A stretch of DNA of 64,000 nt from positions 2,304,001-2,368,000 of the forward strand of contig CBDCNP010000002.1 in the NCBI GenBank assembly GCA_965219415.1. The letters run 5' to 3'. Within the stretch, counting starts at the first letter, position 1; every line of letters starts with the position of its first letter. Positions 49,958 to 61,007 of this stretch are shown here, piece after piece. The DNA comes from Candidatus Marinacidobacterales bacterium. GTDB taxonomy: Bacteria; Acidobacteriota; Vicinamibacteria; Marinacidobacterales; DATDRI01. Under the pieces are notes generated by a model, which made no database searches, was not told where the DNA came from, and worked only from the letters and a program-made list of their open reading frames with translations. The translations under genes and the position numbers were made by a program.

Positions 49958-52900
49958 TTAGTGTGACGAGTCACGCCAGCACCCTGCCGGGCCCTTGAAT
50001 TGCCTATCCCTCCATCGGCGGGCCATCAGAGGCCCAACCTCTTCCTCAATGACCTGGTTCAACCGGTTCCGTTGGACCTCGAAGCGTTCCGAGAGGTCCT
50101 CGAATACCGCGTACATCGATTCCGTGGGTTTGGCATCCGCCGCGCCGACAGTCCTTGAGAGCGAGCTCAGTTTCTCAGTCACCCCCGGGGGCTCCACATC
50201 ATGGGGTGGGCCTGGGACCCCATCCATATGGTTAGAATGCCCTCGATCTGCCTGAACTGCTCTAGGATCCCGTCGGCCTTGACCCTGGAATCCTCTGGCA
50301 GCTCAGCCCGAAGCCCGTCAAGCTGGGCTCGGACTTCTCTGATTCTGAGCACGGCGTCGGCCACTTCCGAAAACCGATCCCGGATGTCAACCATGAGGTC
50401 GAACTGAGCCTTGAGATCGGCATCGCTGGCTTTTACTCTCGGATCTTTCCGGATCTCGAAAGGCTGCTCGTAAGCCTGTCCGTCCACGGAGAGTCGGACG
50501 AAGTATCGTCCGGGAGGCGCAATCGGCGATGCGGGCGGTGAGTAATCGACGCTCATAAAACCGTTCAATGCTCCAGGGGACGGGGGCATCTGGGTACCCG
50601 GATATCGCATGTCCCAGAGGAATCGGTTCATTCCTGCCCTGGTGGAGGGGCTACCGCGTTCCTTCGACCTGCTGGGGAATTGCTCGATGATCTCGCCGCC
50701 CGCATCCGTGATGGTGAACATCACATCACCGGCGGGTTCTTGGGCCAGGTAATATTCGATCATCACCCCGCGCGGCGGGTTCTTCCCGTTGTCCCTAGAT
50801 CTCTTCCCTCTCCCTCCCCGAAGTTGACGGAGAGCGGGGACTACTTCAAACAGATGCACCGGGGCGGAGGCGACTTCGGGGGTGATGCCACGCAGGGACG
50901 AGACGTTGTCCATGATCCAGAAGCCCCGTCCATGGGTTGCCACCACCAGGTCGTCGTCCTTCACGACCATCTGCATGACCATCACCGGTGGCAGGTTGCG
51001 CTGTAGGGACTGCCAGGAGTCTCCGGCGTCGAAGGAAACGTACGCGCCAGTTTCTGTTCCCGCGTAGAGGAGACCCGGGCGGACCGGATCCTCGCGGATG
51101 ACCCACGAGTAGTCGTTTTCCCGAATCCCTTTGGTGATTCGCTTCCAGGTGTTGCCGTAGTCGGTGGTCCTATAGAGATACGGTGTGCGATCGCTTACCC
51201 TGTGCCGTCCACCGGAGATATAAACCGTCCCCCGCTGGTGGGGAGATACGTCTATGGCGGTGATGGTGGTCCATTCGGGGAGATCCGGCGGCGAGACGTC
51301 CAGCCAACTGCCGCCACCATCTCGCGATAGCTGAACGGTACTGTCGTCGGTGCCCACCCAGAGCTCACCCTCTTCGAGGGGAGACTCGGCAATGGTCCGG
51401 ATGAGACTCACGTGAAAAAGCGAGGACGCATTGGAACTAATGGGCCCTCCGGATATTTCGCCCATCACGTCCTGGCGGTTCCGCGTGAGGTCGGAACTGA
51501 TCTGGTCCCAGGATTGGCCTTCGTCCGTGGATCGGAAGACGTACTGGGCGGCGGTGTAGAGCGCGCCAGGATCGTGCGGCGAGAGAAGTACCGGGAACGA
51601 ATAGTAGAAACGGTACTTCACGTCTTTGGCGGGCGTTCCGAACACCCACTCGGGCCAAACGCTGATGTGCGGAGCATGCCCGGTTTCCCGGTCAAAACGG
51701 ACCATCCTGGACCTATCATTTGCATAAACCACGCTGCCGTCGGGCTTGACCGCCGTCTGCCCGCCCTCGCCGGCCGGAATGGGAAGGTAGTGCGTCCATC
51801 CGATGGACCGATCGTCGGTTCGACTTGGAATCCCGATGTGAGTGTTGTCGTTCTGGGCGGCGTAGATCCAGTAGGGCTCCTGGTCGTCAACCGCCAGACT
51901 GAGAAGGTCTGCGGTGGGCTGGTTATCGAGGCTCGACCAGGACTCACCTCCGTTCAACGTCACCGAGGCCCCTCCGTCCCCTCCTTCGATCATTCGGCGA
52001 GAGTCATTTGGATCGATCCATAACGCATGAGGGTCCCAGTTCTCCATTTTTACAGGTTTGAAGGTCCGGCCCGCGTCCGTGGACTTCAGTAAACCGGTGA
52101 TGGGCTGGATATAGACGACGTCGGGATCCTTGGAGTCGGCGGTGATGTGGTTGTAGGAATTGGGGATCTCCATCTTGCCAGGGTCTTGATGGGCCCTCTG
52201 CCAGGTGGACCCGCCGTCGTCGGAACGATAGATCCCGCCTTCGCCTTCGTCAGCCTCGATGAACGCATACACCCGGCTGGAGCGCGCCGGTGAGATGGCG
52301 ATGCAGAGCTTCCCGACTAGGCCTTTTGGCATACCGGGGTTGCGGGTGATGTCCGTCCAGGTGTCCCCGCCATCCGTGGTCTTGAAAAGGCCGGTGGTGG
52401 GTCCGCCGCTCTCCTCGTCCCACGGGTACGTCACATGGTGGTTCAGGGATGCGATGATCACCTTCGGGTTCGTGGGATCAATAGACAGATCCACCGCACC
52501 GGTCGTCTCGCCCTTATACAGGATGCGTTCCCACGTCTCGCCTCCATCCGTGGTTCGATAGATGCCGCGATCTGGGTTTGGGCCGAACATGTCCCCCATT
52601 GCCGCCACGTACACGATATCGGGATTGGTTGGATGAATGCGGAGCCTGGCGATGTGCCGGGTCTCTTGAAGGCCCACTTTGGTCCACGTGTCTCCACCGT
52701 CGGTGGATTTGTATACCCCGTCTCCGGGCGAGATGAATTGCCGTTGAAGCCCCTCCCCCGTTCCCGCGTAGATCACCTTTGGATCCGAGAGCGACACGTC
52801 CAGGGCACCCACCGCAGGGAATCTGAAGAAGCCGTCCGAGACGTTCCGCCAATACCTTCCGGCATCGGTGGTCTTCCACACTCCGCCGTGGGCAGCCCCG

Positions 52901-53163
52901 AAATAGAAGACGAGGGGGTCGTTGGCATCTCCCGCCACCGCAGGGACACGCCCTCCACGGAGCGGCCCCACGAACCGCCACTCGAGGGCCGAAAGAAAGC
53001 TGGCATCCACGCTAGGATACTCGGCGAGGACGACTTCGCCCATGCCCACGGCACTAGAGTCGCCGGGGCATCCAAACAGGACAAGGAAGGCAACAACCGT
53101 AGTGGAGAACATTCTTGAGCCGACTCGGGTGACACTGCAAATCGCATTCATCGCCATCTCCAT
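49958..53163 (-). CDS. VPS10/BNR (sortilin-like) glycosyl hydrolase; C-terminal frameshift near 50185
   Basis: WRFVGPLRGGR and many S/T.DGG.TW Asp-boxes. The tail continues in ORF 49958-50227. Confidence 0.88.
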
Positions 53164-54140
53164 TAAAAGTCGATGTACTGGATTTGACTCATCTGTTGAG
53201 CGGCTTCGAAAATCGCGCCCGCCGCAGCCAGGTCCTGGACTGCGATTCCGGAGCTGTCAAAAACGGTGATCTGAGTATCGGAAATTCTACCGGGTGATTT
53301 TCCAAGCGTGACCAACCCCAAAGCACAGATGTCGTCGACTGAGTTTATGAGTCCATCGTTATAGGCATGCTGAAATTCACCGATAATAATGGATTGTTGG
53401 GGGTAGTCGGCAAACAGGCTCGCGCGTTTCAAAATAGCGGTATCGAGTTCGTACTTGCCCTTGTCATCAGCGCCCATCGCCGAAATATGAGTTCCTTCTC
53501 CGATCCATTCATTCCGAACGAGTGGTGACTCCGATGGGGTTACGGTAACGACAATATCGGAGCCACGAACGGCATCTTCCGCGCTCGTTAATCGGATGCT
53601 GACGTCCACGTCCTTCAAGCGATCGGCTATCCAGCTGGCGCGAGTCTCAGATCGTGTGAAAATTTTGATCAAAGAAAGCGCCCTGACTTCGGCCACTGCC
53701 CGAATTTCCTGCTCGGCCTGATGGCCGGCACCGATGACGCCCAACACCGCTGCGTCGGAACGAGCCAGACTGGAGACTGCAATTGCGTTCGCGGCAGCAG
53801 TCCGGTAACCGTTTAGATAGGATGCGCTCACTAAGACTTGTGGAAATCCGGTCTCGGGATCGAGCAGCAAGGTCGTCGAACCATGGGCAGGCAGGCCCTT
53901 ATCGAAATTACCGGCCCAGTATGTGCCGCACTTGAAGCCGACCATTTCATTTTCACCGTCAATACCTGATTTAATGGCAAATACTTCACCATTATGGAGG
54001 CCGGTGCCGAGGACGACATCGAACACCCGCGAGCGATCAATTGCAACCGCTTCGAATGCAGCGCGAACTAGATCGAAAGCGAGTTGACGGGTCACGATTT
54101 TCCGGACCGTCTCCTCGGAAACGATTGCAAGTTTAACCAT
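53163..54140 (-). CDS. Ornithine cyclodeaminase / mu-crystallin family protein 1
   Basis: RTAAA, GAGHQA, AMGAD and FDSSGIAVQD motifs. Confidence 0.92.
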   Translation of the reverse strand: MVKLAIVSEETVRKIVTRQLAFDLVRAAFEAVAIDRSRVFDVVLGTGLHNGEVFAIKSGIDGENEMVGFKCGTYWAGNFDKGLPAHGSTTLLLDPETGFPQVLVSASYLNGYRTAAANAIAVSSLARSDAAVLGVIGAGHQAEQEIRAVAEVRALSLIKIFTRSETRASWIADRLKDVDVSIRLTSAEDAVRGSDIVVTVTPSESPLVRNEWIGEGTHISAMGADDKGKYELDTAILKRASLFADYPQQSIIIGEFQHAYNDGLINSVDDICALGLVTLGKSPGRISDTQITVFDSSGIAVQDLAAAGAIFEAAQQMSQIQYIDF

Positions 54141-54284
54141 CGCTTGCGTCCTCGACCCGGATCGTTTTGTTATTCAACTTAACTACACCTAAGCAGTCGC
54201 GATATTGAAGATACCTTTGAGTGGCATGGACATATATAGACAGATCGGTTTGTGAGACCGGAGGGGATAGTCAACTACCACCCA

Positions 54285-54450
54285 GCCATTTGTCAAACTC
54301 GCTGACTTCAGCCTGAAATCTCTCGAAGTCCATCGGACTGAGATATCCTAGGGACGAGTGGAGCCGATGCGGGTACTTGGGCTCGTCGATGGCGGCCTGT
54401 TTAGCTCCGCACGACGGGCATAGCCCGCGGGCTTTACGAGAGAAGCCAGA
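54285..54450 (-). mobile_element. Fused transposase scraps: IS91 Zn-binding piece + IS3 OrfB C-terminus
   Basis: FSRKARGLCPSCGAK (cf. FSCKxRGxCPSC), then HRLHSSLGYLSPMDFE. Confidence 0.65.
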
Positions 54451-54926
54451 TCGCCGACGGGCTCGATAAGGCCCGCCATCATTGATTAGTACATCAATAC
54501 CACGTCGGGAGTGAAACTCCTCGATGGCCGGGAGGCAGCGAATCACGGGTGTTGCTGTTGGGTGTCGAGAGCACAAACCCTTCAGCGAGGCGTTGCTGAA
54601 AGGGCGGGTGAGGCTGACCATCCCCGACGGTTGGTATGAAAACGTCTGTAATCCTCGAAGGCGAACCAGATTGTAATCAGAGTTGCCACTACAGCTATCA
54701 CCAAAAACAATTCAATCACGCTCTGCCACCCCCACGTTACAACCATTCTGCCACCTGCAATGAGATATAGCATTGAAGCGAAATAGGCAGCAGCATCTAC
54801 TAGCCCTACCAGCAGACCGCTGTGTTTTCCGCCAAATTCGTTAGAAAAGACACTCGGTGGCAGATAGCACGTTGGAGCAAGTGTGAATCCGTAAAAAAAC
54901 AGAATCACAATCGCAAGAGGAAATTT

Positions 54927-56361
54927 GAGTCAAGCCCATTCTTAGTTGAAACTCTCCACGGCTCACGTTTAAGCGACCTTCTTCTTCGATACGGTTGATG
55001 TCTTCGCCTCGATCTTCAGTTCCCGCTTGAGAGCTTCGCGAAGCTTGGGAAGATGGCGGTAGCCCACCACCTTCCTCAAGCGCGGTTCGATGTCTACGAG
55101 CGCCGTTGCCAACCAGCGCTGGCGTTGGCTTGAGTTCTTCCAGTGGTCGACCTTCGCGCAGCGTTCCTCGACGAGAGCATTGACGGACTCAAGGCAGTTC
55201 GTCGTCTTGAACGAACGGCCCAGCACCGCGTGCACGCCGAGTCGATGCAACGTCAGCGTCTCCTCGAGGCCTTCCTCCAGGCTGCCAGCTGCGGATTGGT
55301 TCCGCTCTTCTAACTCACCGTGGAGTTGCTCGAGCGCAGTGAGGGCCTCTTCGTACTCCGGCCTGTTGTAGGCCCACTGGAGCCGCTTGCGCCATGACGC
55401 CTGCTCGCCCTTGGACAGGTAGCTCACTACGTTTTCACGTTTGTGCCACTGGCAGCGTTGTATCAGGGCCCGCTTACGGAATGCCTTCTTGACTGCCGCT
55501 TGGAGACCCTTGCCGCCGTCGATGATCACCAGCAGACCCTGGGAGATATCGAGTCCCCGCTCGAGCAGTGAACGCAGGAACGGCGTCAACACCTGCGCGT
55601 TCTCCGTGTCCGTCTCCACGAAGCCCAAGAAGCGTTTTTCCCCGCAAAGCGTGATGCCCAGAGCCACGACCATCGTTGCCTCGGCGAATGTCTTCCCATC
55701 CAGAAACAGCGCCACCACATCCTCGCCGGTCAGATCCCGTTCCTGCATCTCCCGCAGCTTCGCAGCGCTCGCTTGCACGAACCCTCGGGACACCGTTGAG
55801 CTCGACAGCCCGATGGCGCCCGGAATCGCTTCCGCTGCCGCCTCGTAGTTGCGACAAGAGATTCCGTAGAGAACTCGTTTCAGCAGAAGATCATTCACCT
55901 CACCGCCGTGGCTCACCGCCTCGTAGCAGCGAAGCGGAATCTCTCCTCCCTCGATGCTCCGAACCCGTGGCACACGGATCGGTACCCGCTGGCCGCCAAG
56001 CCCTACCGTGCCCGGGTTGCTTCCGGGACGGCGACCGCGCTCCAGCTCGTCCTTGCGAGAGTATCGCTCTCCCGCCAACGCCTTCACTTCGTCGTCGAGC
56101 AACTCGTGAACGTGCATTAGACCAAGGGGGACCAACCAACGGATCATCTCTACCTTGGCGTCCAGCACGAGTTCCCCGTAATCCTCGTGCCTCACCATCT
56201 CGACCTCACCCAAACGACGCGACTTCTTGCGTTTCTTGACCGAACGTAGCAGACTTCCCATCTCGGCTCCTTTCTTCGCGGCTTGATTTTGTTTTGTCCA
56301 ACGCCATCAAACCACGGGGTTTGGAGCCGTTTCAATTCCCAACTAAGATTGGCACACTTTC
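54927..56361 (-). mobile_element. IS256-family element A, copy 2 (1435 bp)
   Basis: Near-identical to 18396-19830. 8-bp TSD ggaaattt at 54919-54926 and 56362-56369. Confidence 0.95.
54969..56261 (-). CDS. IS256-family transposase
   Basis: 430 aa, differing from 18496-19788 at 2 residues. Confidence 0.95.
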   Translation of the reverse strand: MGSLLRSVKKRKKSRRLGEVEMVRHEDYGELVLDAKVEMIRWLVPLGLMHVHELLDDEVKALAGERYSRKDELERGRRPGSNPGTVGLGGQRVPIRVPRVRSIEGGEIPLRCYEAVSHGGEVNDLLLKRVLYGISCRNYEAAAEAIPGAIGLSSSTVSRGFVQASAAKLREMQERDLTGEDVVALFLDGKTFAEATMVVALGITLCGEKRFLGFVETDTENAQVLTPFLRSLLERGLDISQGLLVIIDGGKGLQAAVKKAFRKRALIQRCQWHKRENVVSYLSKGEQASWRKRLQWAYNRPEYEEALTALEQLHGELEERNQSAAGSLEEGLEETLTLHRLGVHAVLGRSFKTTNCLESVNALVEERCAKVDHWKNSSQRQRWLATALVDIEPRLRKVVGYRHLPKLREALKRELKIEAKTSTVSKKKVA

Positions 56362-56809
56362 GGAAATTTGAAGGAATCCGGAATCATTGGCAGCTCCTTC
56401 AAACACCACAGTGCTGCAACGCAAACGCTGGTAGCTCCCAACAGTCCACCTAAGAGAGCGACTCTTCCCTTTCGTGAGACGCCGTCATATATGAATCCTT
56501 CCGCAACCAAGGCAAGCAAACATCCGAGTGGAAATGCGGAGGCCCAAGAAGCGGCCTGCGCAGATGATACCCCTTCAAAAGAAGCAAGATAAAGCGGCAG
56601 AAAAATAAGAAAATCCATCAATATAGTCGTACACATGAGACTCAAGCAGATTAGCCAGAAACGTCCGCTTCTTGCGAAAGCCCATAGTGCTTCGGCTGGA
56701 TTCTTGTCATCTAGAAAGTGAGGTGCGTTCTGTTCAGTATTGGGCTCGTCTTGTCTACCAGAGCCTTCTGGCGCGACTTGAGCTTGCTCCGGTTTGGTGG
56801 ACAAGTTGA

Positions 56810-57686
56810 CTATGCAAACCGGTTTGCTTCCAAGAGTCTAAGTTCGAACTCGATGGGACTGACGTTCCGGAGCGTTGAGTGCCGTCGCCTCGGGTTGTAG
56901 AAATTGGTGATGTAGTCGACGGTAGCCCATCGCGCCTGCGCTCGAGTCGGCAGAACGAGTCGGTAGAGAGATTCGGTTTTCAGCGTGCCGAAGAAACTCT
57001 CGACGACGGCATTGTCCCAGCAGTCGCCCTTTCGACTCATGCTGCACTCGATTCCGTGGCGTCGCAAGAACGCGCGGTAGTCTCTGCTCGCGTACTGCAC
57101 GCCACGGTCCGAATGATGAACCATCCCACGCGGTGGTCGTCGGTGACGCACCGCCATCTGAAGCGCCGAGACAGCGAGCTCTGCGGCGAAGATGATTCGC
57201 CACCGCCCAACCGATCACGCGCCTCGAAAATAGGTCCATGACCACGGCCAAATACAACCAGCCTTCCCACGTTCGGATGTAGGTGATGTCCGCAGCCCAG
57301 ACTTCGTTGGGGGTCTTCGGCAAGAACTGGCGCTGCACGAGGTCTCGAGCTACGGGGCGCGAGTGCGACGAATCCGTCGTCTTCCGAGAACGTCTCGGCA
57401 GGCGCGCGCACAGGCCTTTCTCTCTCATGATGCGAGCAACGCGCCGACGCCCAACAGACTCACCATCCGCACGGAGCTCGTCCACAACACGAGGACTTCC
57501 GTAAACTCCGCGGTTGGCTCGGAAGAACGCAACGATTTTTACGGACAGGCGCAGGTCATCTCGTTCACGGCGGCTGGGCTTCCGCCTCAGCCACGCATAG
57601 TAGCCGCTCCGAGAAACCTGGAGCAGCCGGCACATCCACGAAACGTGGAACTCCTCGCTTTGGATCCGAATCGCTGCGAACTTCAT
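56810..57686 (-). pseudogene. IS3 OrfB (rve DDE), frameshifted near 57185
   Basis: WAADITY, HHSDRGVQY and DNAVVESFF in two frames. Confidence 0.88.
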
Positions 57687-57994
57687 TTCTTCACGCTCGC
57701 GAAGTACGCCGCCGTTTTTTTTAGAAAGTCACGCTCCATCCGAAGCTCCCGAACTTCCTTTCGGAAGCCACGCAGTTCTTCGAGTTCCTCGCTCGTCAGG
57801 GTTCCGGGACCGCCTTCACCACGGTCGATCCTGTCCTGCCTCACCCAGGCATAAAGCGACGTCTCCGTCACATCGATATCCCGGGCTACCACGCTCACTG
57901 CCTTGCCGCTCTCCCGAACCAGCTGCACTGCCTCTGCTCGAAATTCCTTCGTGAACTGCCGACGTTTCTTTTTTTCTGCCATCTGAACACCCAT
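57683..57994 (-). CDS. IS3 OrfA (HTH_Tnp_1) with A8 slippery site at 57715-57722
   Basis: RQFTKEFRAEAV...ERDFLKKTAAYF. Confidence 0.9.
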   Translation of the reverse strand: MGVQMAEKKKRRQFTKEFRAEAVQLVRESGKAVSVVARDIDVTETSLYAWVRQDRIDRGEGGPGTLTSEELEELRGFRKEVRELRMERDFLKKTAAYFASVKK

Positions 57995-58606
57995 ATATCT
58001 CTCCGTTCGTTAGGTGTCCACTGAAACGAAGCAGGCCCAACTTGATCCTCCAAAGCTGGAAGCCCAACATCCTTCGGGTGCGCCTTAAGATAGAAAAAGA
58101 TACCTGCTGCTACGCATTAGACTCATGACCCCGGCAGTACGAAATACATTTTGCCAGGAGAACACTGTGAGCAGCGTGCCCAAAAATATCAGTGATATGG
58201 AAGCACTCAGACGAGAACTGGTTGAAAGCGCGCTCCACACTCGGCCATATTTTGTCGACGGATACCATACCGAAATGATACTTGCCATGGAGGGCCAGCT
58301 TGCTGCCATTGCAAACAGCATAAAGAAATTTATAGTCGCAAAGAGGGTAGTAGAGGTGCCCCAGCTAAAGGTAACTGTGAGGAAGGCAGTGACAGAGAGA
58401 GCCATTAAGAATACTCTCCGTCCACCGAGCCAATCTGCAATCACTCCGGTAAGGAGTTTTCCCGCAATCATTCCCGCCATTCCCCAGGCTGCAATATCCC
58501 CGTAGCTGGCTTCGTCAAGTTCGAGGTTGGGATCGTTTATCATTTCAGGGCTTGCGACTGCGAGAGCTGTCCTGGAGAGAATGAATGCCATATACCCGAT
58601 ATACAT

Positions 58607-59974
58607 GGATCCGTCCCGCTTCCCGTGGAAATAAGAATGGCGTAACCTCCGGTTAAGCAAAACGAAACCGCGCCTGGAAAGGCGAGGAGGAGGATTACGC
58701 CATGAAGAAGCCTACCACCATATCGAAGGAGTCTGTAAGCGAGTACCGGGAGTTCGTCCAACTTCGGCTGCGTAAGCGGGTACTGGAGGCGATCGAGGTC
58801 GTGCTCGAGGAAGAAGTCAACCAAGCGCTGGGGGTGTGGTGGCTACGAGCGTGCGGAAGACCGCCGTGGATATCGCAACGGAGCCGAAACCCGTCGCGTG
58901 ACGACGTCGGTGGGAACTCGCGAGCTCCGGGTGCCACGAGCCCGCGTGCGAGACGAGGAAACGGGAGAAACGACAGAGTTCGGGAGCGAGCTGTTGCCCC
59001 GGTACGCGCGCCGGACTCGTGAGGTCGACGAGGCGCTCTTGGGGACGTACTTGTCGGGCGCGAATAGCCGCCGGGTCCGCAAAGCGCTGAAACCACTGCT
59101 CGGTGAGGAGCACCTATCGAAGAGCGCGGTGTCTCGCGTGGTTAGCCGGCTGAAGGAGCGCTTCGAGGAATGGCAGAACCGTGCTCTCAGCGAGGAGGTC
59201 TACGCGATCGTTTACCTGGACGGCTTCCACCTGAAAGTGCGGATGGCGAAACGTGTGATCAGCGTACCCGTACTGGCCGCGCTCGGGGTCGCGCCAGACG
59301 GGCACAAACGTCTGTTGTCATTGCGTCTGGCGGTGAGCGAAGCCTCGACGCATTGGGGCTCCGTGCTGGAGGGACTCCAGGCTCGAGGACTCCGGGCTCC
59401 CAAGCTAGTGATCAGCGACGGCCACAAGGGGCTGACGAAAGCGCTGGAGAAGTGGCCGGGGTGCCGGTTGCAGCGATGTACCGAGCACAAGCGCGCCAAC
59501 TTGCTCCAACATTGCCCGGCGCACGCACGCCGTGAGCTCCGGCGTGACTACAACCGGATCGTCTACGCCAAGAACGGGTTCGATGCTCGCAAAGCCTATG
59601 ACGAGCTCGTCGCCAAGTGGACGCCTCTCGCGCCGGCCGTCGTCCGAAGCCTAGAGGAGGCCGGTAATCAGCTGCTGACCTTCTACGAATTCCCTCGTGC
59701 CATGTGGAAATCGATTCGAACGATCAATGCTCTGGAGAATCTCAACCGCGAGTTTCGACGCCGGACGAAAACCCAAGCGTCGTTCTCCAGCGAGGAGTCC
59801 GCGGTCGCTTTGCTGTTTGGGCTTATCGCCTCTGGCCAGATTCAACTACGACGCATCGACGGCTACCAACGTCTGAGCGAGGTTCTCGAACGCGCGGAGG
59901 TTGCCGCCTGATATGATACTCTGATGACGGAGTGGAGGGCGCCGTTCTTTTTCCACGGACCTCGGGACACATCC
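58607..59974 (+). mobile_element. IS256-family element B
   Basis: IRs ggatccgtcccg..ccgtggaaa and ggatgtgtcccg..ccgtggaaa. 5-bp duplication tacat at 58602-58606 and 59975-59979. Confidence 0.9.
58702..59911 (+). pseudogene. IS256 transposase, frameshift in a G-run near 58832
   Basis: RRGYRNG, YLDG, ISDGHKGL, QRCTEHK and TINALENLNREFRRR motifs. Confidence 0.88.
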
Positions 59975-60062
59975 TACATGCTACCGAGGATAGTGAACTC
60001 CCAATGTGTTCTGTTCTGAGCCAACGCATTGTTTGGGATCCGCGACTGAGGGAGCATCCACC

Positions 60063-60956
60063 TCAACCCAGCGGCTCGAGACAGGCCGCGAGTTCACGCG
60101 CCTCGTCGACTGATAGGTTTTGCAGCGGCGCGCGCACGCCACCGCCGTCGAAGCCACGCTGACGGGAGGCAGCCTTGACCTTGGCAACATAGTTGTCTCT
60201 CCAGATGCAGAGCAGCGACGGGATCATGCGCGACCACAGTTCCATTGCGCCCGCGATATCATTGCTGGCGACCAGTTCAAACAGGCGCACGCTCTCGCGC
60301 GGCATGTAGTTTGCGGCACCCCAGATACATCCTTGCGCCCCGGCGATGAAGCTGAAAACGGTATTGGGATCGCAACCGTTCAACACCATGTATCCGGTGG
60401 CGAGGTATTCCTGGTGGGTGGTCAGGTCGCCGGCGCTGTCCTTGATGTAGTTGAAATGCTCAAGCTGGTTCAGGCGTTTGAACAGGTCGACCGAAATACC
60501 GATGCCGGTGGTTTGCGGGATGTTATAGCCGATGATGTCGGTTTCGACCGCGGCATCGATGGCCTGGTAAAACGCAAACAACCCGTCATCGTCTTCGGGG
60601 CCTTCGAGGTAGGGCGGCAAGATCATCAACGCATCGGCGCCAAGTCCCTGAGCATGTTTGCTGCGCTCGATCACTTCGTCGAGCACCAGCGCCGAGGTCT
60701 GGCAAATCAGTTTACAGCGTCCGTCGATACACCCGGCGCCGAGCTCGTAAAGCTGATTGCATTCCTTACGGGTCAGGTAGGGATGCTGCCCGGTGCCGGC
60801 ACCGAGCACCAGCCCATGGACGCCGGCGTCGATATAGAGGTCGATTAATTCTTCCCAGCGTGCATAGTCGATGCTGCCGTCGGCATGCATCGGGGTTTGC
60901 ATCGCCAGGTTGATTCCGGTCAGTTCGCTCAATGATTTCTCCGTCTGTCCTGGCAC
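60063..60956 (-). CDS. DapA/NAL-family lyase
   Basis: TPM, GAGTGQ (variant of GxxGE), GYNIP and IKDSAG Schiff-base Lys. Confidence 0.9.
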   Translation of the reverse strand: MPGQTEKSLSELTGINLAMQTPMHADGSIDYARWEELIDLYIDAGVHGLVLGAGTGQHPYLTRKECNQLYELGAGCIDGRCKLICQTSALVLDEVIERSKHAQGLGADALMILPPYLEGPEDDDGLFAFYQAIDAAVETDIIGYNIPQTTGIGISVDLFKRLNQLEHFNYIKDSAGDLTTHQEYLATGYMVLNGCDPNTVFSFIAGAQGCIWGAANYMPRESVRLFELVASNDIAGAMELWSRMIPSLLCIWRDNYVAKVKAASRQRGFDGGGVRAPLQNLSVDEARELAACLEPLG

Positions 60957-61007
60957 CTCTCGTGTGCCTCCAGTACCAGCTGAGGTACATCGCGTTGTAG
61001 TTGGCTT

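Larger units (their letters stand above)
56779..58039 (-). mobile_element. IS3-family element
   Basis: TG...CA ends: tgagcttgctccggtttggtggaca and tgggcctgcttcgtttcagtggaca. 3-bp TSD act at 56776-56778 and 58040-58042. Confidence 0.92.
54582..60057 (-). pseudogene. GlpT/UhpT-like MFS transporter split into four pieces by three ISs
   Basis: Pieces 59975-60057, 58040-58606, 56362-56778 and 54582-54926 rejoin after removing the ISs and TSDs: WEFTILGSM|YIGY, PKDVGLPALEDQ|VAPEG, SFKF|PLAIVILFF. Extra frameshift near 58115. Confidence 0.88.

Noticed and set aside
18396-56361. 38-kb composite transposon or inversion between the IS256-A copies
   Set aside because: Each copy retains its own matched TSD, so these are independent insertions with no net recombination.
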